From Methanothrix sp. (lineage in GTDB: Archaea; Halobacteriota; Methanosarcinia; Methanotrichales; Methanotrichaceae), in contig OY821645.1 of assembly GCA_963682135.1 (NCBI GenBank), positions 1,440,001 to 1,504,000 of the forward strand: DNA of 64,000 bases, read 5' to 3'. Both the position numbers and the translations under genes were made by a program. Positions 22,184 through 32,118 of this stretch are shown piece by piece. The notes beneath the pieces are model-generated. The model worked only from the letters and a program-made list of their open reading frames with translations, had not been told where the DNA came from and did not search any database. The number at the start of each line of letters is the position of its first letter. The first letter of the stretch is position 1.

Positions 22184-22663
22184 ATGGCCATGAGAGATAT
22201 CAGAGATGTGCTGGATAGCATGGGAATACACGAAGACGATGTCGTATCCGCGGCAATGCAGCTTTACTTTCCTCATCCGGGTGTGGAGACCCGCGAGAAG
22301 GCGGAGGCTGTGTTTTTGCGGGAATTGGCTCTTGCCTTGTCCGATCCCAATCTGGCGCTCCTTATTTATGCCGGAGTTTTGCTGGAATCGGAGGGAGAGA
22401 GATGCAATCTTCCCAATCTGCGGTCCGACGACTATGAAAACGATCTAACCTGCCTTATCGCGGATGAGGTCTTGGGTCTTTCTATTGCTAAATATGTGGG
22501 TGGCTACAAAGGGCTTTTCGATTACGTTCGCTACGACAAGGCCAAGCCGGGAATCCTCTCCCGCCTGGGCCCCTTCATGGATGATGTAGTTGCCGGGCTC
22601 ATCGGTGGAGTGTCCGCCAATATGTATACCCGAGCAGCTCTGTCCGAAGGGAGCCAAGATTGA
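22184..22663 (+). CDS. cobZ: Alpha-ribazole phosphatase CobZ (PgpA-like)
   Basis: DPNL, LIADEVLG..IA.Y.GGYKGLF.Y.RYD..KPGIL..LGPFMDD; upstream of cobS. Confidence 0.82.
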   Translation: MAMRDIRDVLDSMGIHEDDVVSAAMQLYFPHPGVETREKAEAVFLRELALALSDPNLALLIYAGVLLESEGERCNLPNLRSDDYENDLTCLIADEVLGLSIAKYVGGYKGLFDYVRYDKAKPGILSRLGPFMDDVVAGLIGGVSANMYTRAALSEGSQD

Positions 22664-23424
22664 AAGACCTGCTCTTTGCTCTTAAGTCCGGATTTGGCTG
22701 GCTGTCTACCATACCGGTAGGTATATCCATGGAAGGCATCGAGGCCCTGATGAGGCATGTCTACGTATTTCCTCTGGTAGGCCTGGTTCTGGGAGCCATT
22801 TTGGGCGCTTTGGCTTATCTGGCAGGCCTTGTGCTATCTGCCAATCTGGTGGCCATCGCGGTGATTGTTGCCATCTACAAACTCTGCGGCATAAATCATA
22901 TCGATGGGCTGGCCGATTTTGGGGATGGGGTGATTGCTCATGGCCCTCGTGAGAAGAAAATCGCAGCCATGAAGGATGTCTCCCTTGGCACGGGGGGCGC
23001 AGTTTTCATGGCCATAATCCTGCTGGCCGCATTCGCGACTCTATCGGAGGCGCCCCGTGCTCTTCTGCCTCTGGCACTGCTGGTTGCGGAGGTATCCGCC
23101 AAAGAGGCCATGATCTCTTTTGCTGCGTTCTCTACTTCTCTGCAGAAGGGCTTTGGCCAGATCATGATTGAGCGGACAGGGCCGCGGCAGTTTCTCCTGG
23201 GCCTGGCCATTTCTGCGATCTTGTGCGCGGCGGTTTTGGGCCCCCTGGGCCTGGCAGCTCTGGCTGCGGCTCAGGCGACGGCCTTTTACATGGTTCATGT
23301 GGCAAGATGCAATTTCGGAGGGGCCACAGGAGACGGGATAGGCGCGACCAACGAGATAGCGAGAGTGGTTGCCCTGGCAGTGACTCTGACTTTAGGAGGT
23401 GTTCTTCCCTGGATGCTCTGGTGA
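22660..23424 (+). CDS. cobS: Adenosylcobinamide-GDP ribazoletransferase
   Basis: HIDGLADFGDG, MKD..LGTGG, FGGATGDGIGATNE. Confidence 0.93.
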   Translation: MKDLLFALKSGFGWLSTIPVGISMEGIEALMRHVYVFPLVGLVLGAILGALAYLAGLVLSANLVAIAVIVAIYKLCGINHIDGLADFGDGVIAHGPREKKIAAMKDVSLGTGGAVFMAIILLAAFATLSEAPRALLPLALLVAEVSAKEAMISFAAFSTSLQKGFGQIMIERTGPRQFLLGLAISAILCAAVLGPLGLAALAAAQATAFYMVHVARCNFGGATGDGIGATNEIARVVALAVTLTLGGVLPWMLW

Positions 23425-24011
23425 TGGCCGGGGGTCGCGGCTCGCGGCTGCGTATGGGAGAAAAGCCGCTCGCGACTCTCTTTGGCAGGCCGCTCATTGA
23501 GTATGTGGCCTTGGCTATCGAGGACAGCACCATAGACAGGATATTTGTAGCCACCACAGACAATGTGCCCCGTACCCGTGAGTGGGCTGTGCACAGGGGG
23601 CTTTGCGTGGTGGAGACGGCTGGATATGGCTATGTGGCGGACATGATTGAAGCCGTGAAGAATGCAAGGGTTATTGATCCCATAATGATCATCATGGCCG
23701 ACCTTCCTCTGGTAACTTCTGATTTGATTGACGACATCATCGAGGTTTATGAGGATCGACCCGAGCCGGCACTCTCTACACATACGCCTCTCGATCTGCA
23801 CAGTCGTCTTGGCCGAAGGCCTGATTCCCTCTTCAACTACGGCGGCCGGCTCATCGTTCCGGCAGGCATAAATGTTCTGGATGGTTCTGAGATAGAACGT
23901 GAGCAGGAGGACTTTCACCTGATATTGGAGAGAATCGAGCTTGCGGTGAATGTAAATGTAGCTGGGGACCTCATGCTCTGCGAGAGAATAATGCAAGGTG
24001 ATTTCCTTTGA
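23409..24011 (+). CDS. cobY: Adenosylcobinamide-phosphate guanylyltransferase CobY
   Basis: DALVMAGGRGSRL..EKPL, GYVADM, ADLPL, NVN. Probable CTG start at 23409 behind AGGAGGT. Confidence 0.85.
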   Translation: MDALVMAGGRGSRLRMGEKPLATLFGRPLIEYVALAIEDSTIDRIFVATTDNVPRTREWAVHRGLCVVETAGYGYVADMIEAVKNARVIDPIMIIMADLPLVTSDLIDDIIEVYEDRPEPALSTHTPLDLHSRLGRRPDSLFNYGGRLIVPAGINVLDGSEIEREQEDFHLILERIELAVNVNVAGDLMLCERIMQGDFL

Positions 24012-24379
24012 ATAATTCCATAGCTATAGATGGCGAAAAGTTCCCCCTCGAAGACCTTCTGCTACTTTCCGGAGCAGATGAGATCAAGGAGCCAGGTAAG
24101 ATCAAGAGCTACATCCTGCTCGTGGCCAGGGCTCTGAGAAATCCCATGAGGCTGCCGTGGCTGCTCAAGGATATCTTCAGCCTCTGCATCCAGGAGGAGG
24201 ACCAACGGGATCTGAGGCTGTGCCTGATCCGGGTGCAGGTGGAGGCGGAGCTGAAGATGAACCAGGACATTCAGAGGTATCAGCAGAGGCGCTATGTGGC
24301 CCAGGTGATCGAGATCCTGCTCTTCAATGAGCTCTTGCTTGCACCGCGCGAGCCGGTGGAAGAGGGCGAGGTGGAGTAG
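24008..24379 (+). CDS. Hypothetical protein
   Basis: 123-aa ORF coupled (TTGA) to cobY with host-like codon usage. Confidence 0.7.
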   Translation: MNNSIAIDGEKFPLEDLLLLSGADEIKEPGKIKSYILLVARALRNPMRLPWLLKDIFSLCIQEEDQRDLRLCLIRVQVEAELKMNQDIQRYQQRRYVAQVIEILLFNELLLAPREPVEEGEVE

Positions 24380-24446
24380 GGCCTAAACCGTTTTCTCCTC
24401 CACTTGATCGCTCGCTGTTGAGGACGACTTCGATTTCGGGGCGAAT

Positions 24447-24569
24447 CTGATGCCGGTGATCTCTCGTAGCTTACGCTGAAGGGAGATGAACTGAGAGAGC
24501 GTGGGGCACTTGCTCGAACTCTACTAGAATATCAAGATCGCTACGCTTATGCTGCTCGCCCCTGACATA
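24447..24569 (-). pseudogene. Remnant of a minimal nucleotidyltransferase (MNT)
   Basis: The minus strand reads YVRGEQHKRSDLDILVEFEQVP, then after a frameshift LSQFISLQRKLREITGI. No start codon or N-terminus. Confidence 0.65.
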
Positions 24570-24581
24570 TTGGATCGCGTC

Positions 24582-25442
24582 TCAGAAGTATTTTTTATTT
24601 CGTGGTCCTTCTATCGGACCTAATGCCCGTGGATTCTTGCCGGAGTTTGGCTTTTCCGCCAACACCTCCAAGCGCATCATCTGCACGTGGGTCTGTCCTT
24701 TTTCATCCAGTGGGTATATCTCCAGATACTTTCCTGCTATCTCCTTTACGAACCGGTCTTGCAGATGGACAGGCAGCCTCTGGGTATAAGGCAGCCAGGT
24801 ATTCCTGATTATGCCCTCCAGGCCTGCTTGACCCTGATGGATCATCTCCTTGGCTACAAGCTCTGCCCGCAGGGGCAGCAGTCCCGCTTCATCCAGCCAG
24901 GTTCTATACTCTACCGGCCCGTAAAAGTGGTAGGGAAAGGAAAAGCCTGAGAAGTAGTTCTTCCACGGCGGGCTCTTGATGAGCTCGCCGGTCAGATCCA
25001 GGATCTGGGCGGCGTTTCCCCTTCCCCCGCACTGCATAAGAAAGCGACCTCCAGGCACCAGGCTCTGCTGGACGGCTTTCAGAACGGGCAGATGTTCTTT
25101 AATCCAGTGCAGGCAAGCAAAGGACACCACCAGATCAAATTCCTCGATGAAGTGCAGCGCTGAGGCATCGCTCACCCGAAAAGAGAGATGGGGATGATCT
25201 GCATACTTGCCGGCAGCAAAGCCGATCATTTCCGGGGAGAGATCTATTCCCAGGACGCTGCCGTTGGGCACCATGTCGGCCAGGTGGGCGGTAATCCGGC
25301 CATCTCCACATCCGATATCCAGGATGCGTTCATCGCCGTCAAGCAACAGATCGTCAATTAGAGCCATGGCCCAATTGTACTGGGCTGAGGAGCTCTTCTC
25401 ATAGTCTGCTGGATTCCATTTGTGCATTTCAGGAGATCTCAT
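24582..25442 (-). CDS. Class I SAM-dependent methyltransferase (Tam-like)
   Basis: WNPADY, ILDIGCGDG, GIDLSPEMI, FDLVVSFACLHW. Confidence 0.9.
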   Translation of the reverse strand: MRSPEMHKWNPADYEKSSSAQYNWAMALIDDLLLDGDERILDIGCGDGRITAHLADMVPNGSVLGIDLSPEMIGFAAGKYADHPHLSFRVSDASALHFIEEFDLVVSFACLHWIKEHLPVLKAVQQSLVPGGRFLMQCGGRGNAAQILDLTGELIKSPPWKNYFSGFSFPYHFYGPVEYRTWLDEAGLLPLRAELVAKEMIHQGQAGLEGIIRNTWLPYTQRLPVHLQDRFVKEIAGKYLEIYPLDEKGQTHVQMMRLEVLAEKPNSGKNPRALGPIEGPRNKKYF

Positions 25443-25445
25443 ATT

Positions 25446-25847
25446 TCAGTTGCTCTCATCATCACCCTTAATCTGCACATGCGTCTCTTTCTTGCGAGTC
25501 AGACCTTCCAGAAGCTTGGGCACAGTGTCTGCCACATGCTCTAATAGTGTATGTTGAGTTTCCTTTAGCCGCTCCACTCTCACCCCATCCTGGTCGATTA
25601 TTATGACGGCTACGGGCTTCATGCCCAATGCACCTGCGCCTCCTCCGGGATTATCGGCCTTTCCCGAGCTTGAACCTGCACCAAAGCCCATGCCCATGCT
25701 CATCAGAGGAATTACTGTCTTGCCATCCACGGTGACGGGGTCACCCACCGCATTCTTGGCAGATAAGGCCTTTTGCATCTCTCCGGTTATGGTTTTCAGT
25801 ATCTCGGATAGTTCCTGCGTCTTCTCACTGCCTGCCAATAATTTCAC
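25446..25847 (-). CDS. YtfJ/GerW-family protein
   Basis: VGDPVTVDGKTVIPL..MGFGAG..GGGAG..PVAVIII. Confidence 0.85.
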   Translation of the reverse strand: MKLLAGSEKTQELSEILKTITGEMQKALSAKNAVGDPVTVDGKTVIPLMSMGMGFGAGSSSGKADNPGGGAGALGMKPVAVIIIDQDGVRVERLKETQHTLLEHVADTVPKLLEGLTRKKETHVQIKGDDESN

Positions 25848-25854
25848 ACTCCTG

Positions 25855-26856
25855 TTAATAATTGTCCTGGATAGATGAAAAAGCTTTCTTCTTCTCCTTG
25901 AACTTTATCAGGGCGGTGAGAAGGTCATTGTAGGGTGTACTGATACCATAATCCCGAGCATACGAAGAGATGGCCCCGTTCAAAACATCGATCTCCGTTT
26001 GCCTGCCCAGCAGAATATCCTGCAGCATGCTGGCGCGATGGCCAACTGTGGGGGGAAGCTGCTTTTCCAGCAGATAATGGTAATACTCATCAGCATCCTG
26101 ATAAGGAACTTTTACGCCTTTGGCCCTTAAAACCCGAAAGATCTCTTCAATTATGACCTTGATGATACCTCTCGTCTCTTCATTTTCGCCCAGATCGCCA
26201 TAAGCCACACCCAACAATGCACCCAGAGGATTTAATGAGCAGTTGTAGAGCACCTTTCCCCAGATGGCTGCCCAAATCTCGTCCTTGCTCACAATTCTGC
26301 AGGGAATACCGCAATGAGTTAGATCCGTCTCTAATGCCTGCAAAAGCGGTCGGTTCACGGCCTGGAATGGCTCGCCCAGCAGGACATCGTCAGCGTTGAC
26401 TGTAACATTAGCATGGCCCGGCTCAAGAATCTCGGCTCCAAAGATGACGCGCGCTCCCACGGTGCGATCTTCCCCAACCTGATGGGCGATGGTCTCCCAG
26501 TTATTCAGGCCGTTTTGCATGGAGACTATGATGCCGTCCTCTTCAAGCAGCGTCTTCGCCTCGATTGCTGCCGCATAGGTGTCTTTGGCTTTTACGCAGA
26601 GCAGGATGATGGAAAATTGCTTTTTCCCGGCAGAGGTGGAAGGTGCCTTGGAAGGAATCTGCATCTCTTTTGCCAAGATAAAGTGCTCTCCCCAGATGCC
26701 CGTGATCCTCAATCCCTTTTTGGAAAAAGACCGAAAGTGTTCGCCTCTGCCTATGTAGGTGACAGGACGACCCAATTTTTGCAGAAATCCACCTAAAACG
26801 CTGCCTATGGCTCCTGCACCGTAGATGAGATAGTCGGGGCTTATGCCAGGTTTCAT
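25855..26856 (-). CDS. panE: 2-dehydropantoate 2-reductase
   Basis: IYGAGAIGS, CVKA, MQNG, WGKVLYNCSLNPL, SMLQD..GRQTEID.LNG. Confidence 0.9.
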   Translation of the reverse strand: MKPGISPDYLIYGAGAIGSVLGGFLQKLGRPVTYIGRGEHFRSFSKKGLRITGIWGEHFILAKEMQIPSKAPSTSAGKKQFSIILLCVKAKDTYAAAIEAKTLLEEDGIIVSMQNGLNNWETIAHQVGEDRTVGARVIFGAEILEPGHANVTVNADDVLLGEPFQAVNRPLLQALETDLTHCGIPCRIVSKDEIWAAIWGKVLYNCSLNPLGALLGVAYGDLGENEETRGIIKVIIEEIFRVLRAKGVKVPYQDADEYYHYLLEKQLPPTVGHRASMLQDILLGRQTEIDVLNGAISSYARDYGISTPYNDLLTALIKFKEKKKAFSSIQDNY

Positions 26857-27188
26857 AAACGGGAAAAGGATTTGGTCCCTTAAGAGGGTTTCGAAAACGA
26901 TTTGCATCTAAGGTAGGTTCATCAATCAAGGTGCTGATGGGATTCAAGAGACCTTTTCAGTAAATCAAGTACAAGACAGGCTATTGCCCATATCGCCAAA
27001 GATTCCGATCAGCCAAAAGGGTAGAGTCGCACCAATTCGCCTCTATGGGGGGAAATGTTTTTAAACAAATTGCTCGACAAAGATCATTGTAGTACATCTT
27101 AGTACATAGTGGGGAGTAGATATATGAATATGCTTATGATTTCACGCAGTGTCGGAACTTATCTGCACTAATGGGAGGAAAAAAGATT

Positions 27189-27281
27189 ATGCCTTTACCT
27201 TATTTCGCTTTGCTGGTATCAATTATTATTATGCTCTCTATAACACTCTTCGTTCTGATGAGGAGGTACCATGATCAATGA
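27189..27281 (+). CDS. 30-aa single-TM small protein upstream of an SSS transporter
   Basis: MPLPYFALLVSIIIMLSITLFVLMRRYHDQ with a GGAGG RBS; overlaps the SSS start. Below the ORF-track cutoff. Confidence 0.6.
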   Translation: MPLPYFALLVSIIIMLSITLFVLMRRYHDQ

Positions 27282-28698
27282 ACTGCTGCTCGTAGCCTAT
27301 GTAGCATTCATAGTCCTGCTCTCGTTCAAGCTGCGCCAGGGGACTTTCTCGGGCTTCGTTATCTCCGATCGCAATGTCGCCTATCCGGCAGTCATTGGCA
27401 TCGCCTTTACCGCTGCCTATTTCAGTGCAGCCTCCTTCCTGGGCGGGGGAGGATACGGCCTGATCGCCGGCATGCCATGGGTCGTATTCTGTACCTTCTT
27501 TCATGTGGCCTTCGCGTGCCTCGCCTGGCTCATGGCAGGAAAGATCTGGGCCATGGCCAAGCAGTATGATGCCAAGACCGTGCCCCAACTGCTGGAAAAG
27601 AGGTACAACTCCCCCACCGGCAAGGTAATCCTGGCAGCGATCATGCTGCTACTCTATACTGTATATCTGGTGCCGATCTTCAAAGGATGCGCTACCCTCT
27701 TTCAGGGATTGATCGGCGTCACCTACCTGGAAGGTCTCATGATCGCTGTGGCTATTGTGGCCGTCTACTACGCCATCGGCGGACTGCCGGCTATCATCTG
27801 GATCGGCTTTATTCAGGGCGTTCTTATGCTCGCAGGAGCCGTCTTGCTCTACGGCGGGATCTTCTCTGTCGGCGGCGGCATGCAGATATGGGACCACATC
27901 CCTGCAAATGTGCTCTCCATGCAAGGCCTCAATGTGCCCTGGCAAAAGACCCTGGGAATGGCCTTTTCCATCAGCCTGGGCCTCTTGGCGCTCCCTGATT
28001 TGCTCATCATGATATTCTCGGCCAAAGACCGAAGAGTGGTCCGCTTTGCCGGCGTCTGGGGGCCGCTCTCCATTGCCGTCTACGCTCTTTGCATCTTCTC
28101 CCTGGGAATTCTGGCCTATGGAGTCTTGAGTGCCGAGCAGCTGGCACCATTCCTCAAGAATCCAGATGGTCTGGTGCCATTCCTGGCGACGACCTTCCTT
28201 CCGCAGGGATTTGACGGCATCATTCTGCTGGCGGCAATCTCGGCAGCAATGTCCACCATGAGCGCTATTGTGCTGGTTACCACTACCTCCCTCACCTCAG
28301 ATATTCTGCTCTACCTGCATCCCGAAATCTCCGACAAAAAGACGCTGCTGCTCACTCGCATCGTAGGAGTGACCATCCTTATGATCGCCGCCATATCGGC
28401 GGTCGATGTTCCCCAGCAGATCGTGCCCCTGGTCTCTGTGAGCATGGGCGTCATCGCCTGCTGCGTCTTTGTTCCGCTTATCTTCGGCATTTACTGGGAC
28501 CGAGGGACACAAACGGGCTTTGTCGCCAGCCTGCTGGCTTCTTTCTCTTCCGTTGTCGCCTGGAACTTTTACGGCAATCCGCTCATCCACCCTGTCTTCA
28601 TAGGCCTGGTGTGCGCCGCGGTGGCTTATGTGCTGGGAAGTCTGGCGACGAGCCGCCCCAGTAGAGTGCAGGAGGCACTGGGGGACAAAGCCGCCTAA
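27271..28698 (+). CDS. Sodium:solute symporter (SSS/SLC5; PanF/PutP-like)
   Basis: YFSAASFLGGGG, LEKRYNS, AAISAAMST; about 13 TM helices. Confidence 0.9.
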   Translation: MINELLLVAYVAFIVLLSFKLRQGTFSGFVISDRNVAYPAVIGIAFTAAYFSAASFLGGGGYGLIAGMPWVVFCTFFHVAFACLAWLMAGKIWAMAKQYDAKTVPQLLEKRYNSPTGKVILAAIMLLLYTVYLVPIFKGCATLFQGLIGVTYLEGLMIAVAIVAVYYAIGGLPAIIWIGFIQGVLMLAGAVLLYGGIFSVGGGMQIWDHIPANVLSMQGLNVPWQKTLGMAFSISLGLLALPDLLIMIFSAKDRRVVRFAGVWGPLSIAVYALCIFSLGILAYGVLSAEQLAPFLKNPDGLVPFLATTFLPQGFDGIILLAAISAAMSTMSAIVLVTTTSLTSDILLYLHPEISDKKTLLLTRIVGVTILMIAAISAVDVPQQIVPLVSVSMGVIACCVFVPLIFGIYWDRGTQTGFVASLLASFSSVVAWNFYGNPLIHPVFIGLVCAAVAYVLGSLATSRPSRVQEALGDKAA

Positions 28699-28899
28699 GG
28701 AATGGCAAAGGGAAGAACTCATCAGGCTCTTTGCTAATTCTATTTTTAGATAATTTATTTTTTGCTGAAACATATTCCGAATTGGCAAAAGCGTTTGCGG
28801 CAAAGTCCTATACCTCTTTTGCCCCTTTTTAGGGTACACTTGGATTAAATTAATATACCGAATCAGAGAGGCTATTCATATCCACGAAGGAGGAAAAAT

Positions 28900-29166
28900 A
28901 TGGCTGAGATGAGAAATTTCGCCCTGCGCGATGCTGAGGGAAATGAGATTGGAGTTTTTACGGGAAAATCACCCAGACAGGCAGCTCTGAAGGCAGCTAA
29001 CCGGGGCTACACCGATATCAAGCTGCGTGAACGCGGTACCAAGAAGGTGCATGTGTTTACAGGAGAGCGAGTGCAGGTGGACAAGCCCGCTGGTGCACCG
29101 GCCTGGATGCCGGACAAGATTTGGAAGCCAAAGGTAAAGAAGGTAGGCATCGAGAAACTGGAATAA
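28900..29166 (+). CDS. Non-histone chromosomal protein MC1
   Basis: RNFALRD..GNEIGVFTGKSPRQAALKAANRG..LRERGTKKVHVF..PAWMP; AGGAGG RBS. Confidence 0.96.
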   Translation: MAEMRNFALRDAEGNEIGVFTGKSPRQAALKAANRGYTDIKLRERGTKKVHVFTGERVQVDKPAGAPAWMPDKIWKPKVKKVGIEKLE

Positions 29167-29297
29167 ATCCAAAAGATGCTCGCGCATGTTGATCTACGGC
29201 TAGTCCGTTGAATATTAGGCTTCTAGCGCCTAAATGTTATGGGATGATGAGGGCCAGGTTGGCCTCATCCCCCGCGTACCAGCTTCGTTGCGGGAAA

Positions 29298-30467
29298 TTA
29301 TCCCATCCGTGCTTTTTTCGCATTCTTGCCTGGCTTAAAGGCACATATTGTTTCGAAATACCTCCAGCCACTCCACGGGCCATCAATTCCGCCATCGTTG
29401 CTGGCATGTATGCGCCAGAAGTAAACTGGATCGTCATCAGGCAGGGATCCCAATGAGCCTGAACATCTGAATCCTTTTGTCACTTTATTGGCTTCAAACC
29501 ATCCCTCATCCACTAGAATGAAATCGTCCGCTGGGCTTCTATTGCGATTATAGACCTCTAAATGGTACTCAGTGGCAGCAGAGGCTGCCGTCCAGACAAA
29601 GGTTGGCGAGTCGGTGGAGATGAGGCCCTGAGGGGATATAGGAGTAGGCTTGCCGGGAGGCACTATCATGTATCTGAAGTCATTATAATAGCTCCAAGGC
29701 CCTTCTCCCTTGCAATTGATAGCCTGAATCCACCATCTGTAATAGGTTTTTTCTTCGAGATCCGGGGACAGGACGGGCCCTACGGAGCAAGTCTGGTCCG
29801 TATTTGAGAACACATCTTCGGCATCATAGGTCTTATCGAAGATGGACGCATCCGGACTGCCGGCCTTGGCCACCTTTAGGCGATACCGGGTGCATCCACT
29901 CACGGGCATCCATACAAAGATCGGATTCCTGCTGCCGATGGTATCTTTAGGCGAGATGAGGGTCGCCTTGCCGGGTAAAGATGTGCAAACTGTAAATTCC
30001 ATCTCTTCGCTCAACTGATAATGGCCGCGGTTTCGGCATAAGATGCTCCAGGTATAGACTCCGGAAGGCAGGCTTTTGCTTGGTGTCTTGGAGTATATCG
30101 TTTTAATTGGCAAGGCATTATACAATTGGTTTATGAATACCTTTTTCTGATCGTTCTTCACCACCAGGCAGTAGCTCTGGCTTGTGCTCACGCCCTTCCA
30201 GGTGTAGGTGAGCTTTCCGCTGTTCTGGATTCCAAATGGCGATACAAGCTCGGGTGGAGCAAGATCCAGGCTGATCGATGAATTCGACAAATCAGTATCA
30301 TCCAAGATTTGCAGACGGGGGTCATTGGCATTGCAGTTCGTGCAGCTCTCCTGTCCACTATTCTGTAGTGGTGTCTGGGCGAAACACGGCGTCGCCAGGA
30401 GCAGCATCAGCATCCCTGCCAATGCCGCAATTGCCAGATTCTTTTTCAGCGATTCTCGTCTAATCAT
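29298..30467 (-). CDS. Secreted protein with three FN3/Ig-like repeats
   Basis: Signal peptide, then repeats of PGK.T.ISP...P.F.W...Y.L.V...Y.W.I.A.N..G.GPWS. Confidence 0.75.
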   Translation of the reverse strand: MIRRESLKKNLAIAALAGMLMLLLATPCFAQTPLQNSGQESCTNCNANDPRLQILDDTDLSNSSISLDLAPPELVSPFGIQNSGKLTYTWKGVSTSQSYCLVVKNDQKKVFINQLYNALPIKTIYSKTPSKSLPSGVYTWSILCRNRGHYQLSEEMEFTVCTSLPGKATLISPKDTIGSRNPIFVWMPVSGCTRYRLKVAKAGSPDASIFDKTYDAEDVFSNTDQTCSVGPVLSPDLEEKTYYRWWIQAINCKGEGPWSYYNDFRYMIVPPGKPTPISPQGLISTDSPTFVWTAASAATEYHLEVYNRNRSPADDFILVDEGWFEANKVTKGFRCSGSLGSLPDDDPVYFWRIHASNDGGIDGPWSGWRYFETICAFKPGKNAKKARMG

Positions 30468-30696
30468 GAGATCATCTCTTTTCGTATGAAGTAATTTGTA
30501 GACAAGTAATATATATTTTTTCCTTAAAGAATTGGAATTCATCGAATTAGATACTTAGAATAACTACCAAAACCAGATAAAAATAATCTCTGTATGACAA
30601 TTTTATGTTTGATGGCTTAGCCGCAAAATTGGTTTGAAATATCCTAAGAAATTCAAAAAAGAAAGAATGCAGCTAAATTTGAAAGCGCCTGTGCCT

Positions 30697-32001
30697 CTAG
30701 GGCACCAGCCGTCTTCTATCCCTTGGGAAAAGAACTGCATCGCGAATATTTTCCAGCTTGAGCATGGTCATGACCAGCCGGGAGAGTCCCAATCCCCAGC
30801 CGGCATGCGGCGGCATGCCATAGCGGAAGGCCTTGAGGTAGAACTCAAATCCGTCCGGGTCCAGCCCTTTTTCTTTTATGCGCTCTACCAGCTGGTTGTA
30901 GTCATGAACTCTTTGCGCCCCGCTGGCCAGCTCCATGGTGGGATGCATGAGATCAAATCCCCGGCAAACCTCCGGCTTGTCCTCATAGGGCAAAGTGTAG
31001 TAGGGTTTTATGGAGGAAGGCCAGTCGGTGAGGAAGTAGTGCTCGCCTATGGTCTCGCCCAAGAACCTCTCGGTCTCGGTATCCAGATCATCTCCCCACT
31101 GCATCTTAACGCCTGCCTTCTTTGCAGCCAGATCCAGTGCCTCAGAATAAGTGATTCTTTTGAAGGGAAGCTTCGGAACCTGCAGGTCCAGGCCCAGGAC
31201 CTCCAACTGGTAGCGGCAGTTCTCGGCCACATGCTGATAGCACCCAGCCACCGCCTCTTCCAAGATCTCCATAACGTCCTTGTCATCGACAAAGCTGACC
31301 TCAATATCTATGGAGATGGCCTCATTGAGGTGTCGGCGGGTGTCGTGCTCCTCAGCCCGGAAGATGGGGCCGATCTCAAAGACCCGATCCATACCTGCAC
31401 CCATGAGCATCTGTTTGAAGAGCTGGGGGCTCTGATTGAGGAAAGCCTCCTTCTCAAAGTAGCTGATAGGGAAGAGATCAGTTCCACCCTCTGTAGCCGC
31501 AGCCACAATCTTGGGGGTGAAGACCTCGGTCAATCCTTTTTGAGAGAAGAAGCTTCTCAGATATTGCAGGACCGCGCTCTCGATCTCGAAGGCGGCCAGA
31601 ACGCAGGGCCTTCTAATATCCATGAATCTGGCATCGAGTCGTGTGTCCAGCTCGCACTCCACCTTCTCTGTGGGATCCAGGGGCAAAGGCACCTGTGCAG
31701 CGTTCAACACCTGTATTTCGGTAGGAAGGATCTCGTATCCGCGAGGAGCTTTCGGCTCTGCCTTGACATTTCCTCGTACCAGTACTACGCTCTCTCTGCT
31801 GATGGAGCGGGCACTCTTGAAAGCCTCTTTTCCCAAAAGCTTCTTGACGAGAGTCACCTGTGCCAGCCCTTTTCTGTCCCGCAGTACCAGGAAGGCTATA
31901 CCTCCCAGGTCGCGCATCTCGTGAGCAAAGCCGGTTAAAATAACCTCTTTGCCATCCAACTGCGCGTTAATATCGCCTGAATAATGAGTTCTAAGGATCA
32001 A
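30697..32001 (-). CDS. aspS: Aspartate--tRNA(Asp/Asn) ligase, archaeal type
   Basis: N-terminal OB fold, [38 protein letters not shown]. Confidence 0.97.
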   Translation of the reverse strand: MILRTHYSGDINAQLDGKEVILTGFAHEMRDLGGIAFLVLRDRKGLAQVTLVKKLLGKEAFKSARSISRESVVLVRGNVKAEPKAPRGYEILPTEIQVLNAAQVPLPLDPTEKVECELDTRLDARFMDIRRPCVLAAFEIESAVLQYLRSFFSQKGLTEVFTPKIVAAATEGGTDLFPISYFEKEAFLNQSPQLFKQMLMGAGMDRVFEIGPIFRAEEHDTRRHLNEAISIDIEVSFVDDKDVMEILEEAVAGCYQHVAENCRYQLEVLGLDLQVPKLPFKRITYSEALDLAAKKAGVKMQWGDDLDTETERFLGETIGEHYFLTDWPSSIKPYYTLPYEDKPEVCRGFDLMHPTMELASGAQRVHDYNQLVERIKEKGLDPDGFEFYLKAFRYGMPPHAGWGLGLSRLVMTMLKLENIRDAVLFPRDRRRLVP

Positions 32002-32118
32002 GTCGTCTCACGTGAGCAAGAATGAATTCCTGATATAAAAGCAGTCTGGATAAGATAAAGACAAATAAGATGAGAGCCCATCCAATAAAAAGTGACGAGG
32101 TGGGTGGATTTGAACTTG

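Noticed and set aside
24415-24495. Box C/D sRNA-like pattern (TGAGGA...CTGA...GTGAT...CTGA)
   Set aside because: The boxes are degenerate, I could not identify an rRNA target, and the opposite strand is better explained as an MNT pseudogene.
30634-31938. 434-aa antisense ORF opposite aspS
   Set aside because: An in-register shadow ORF produced by the codon bias of a conserved gene; no recognisable motifs.
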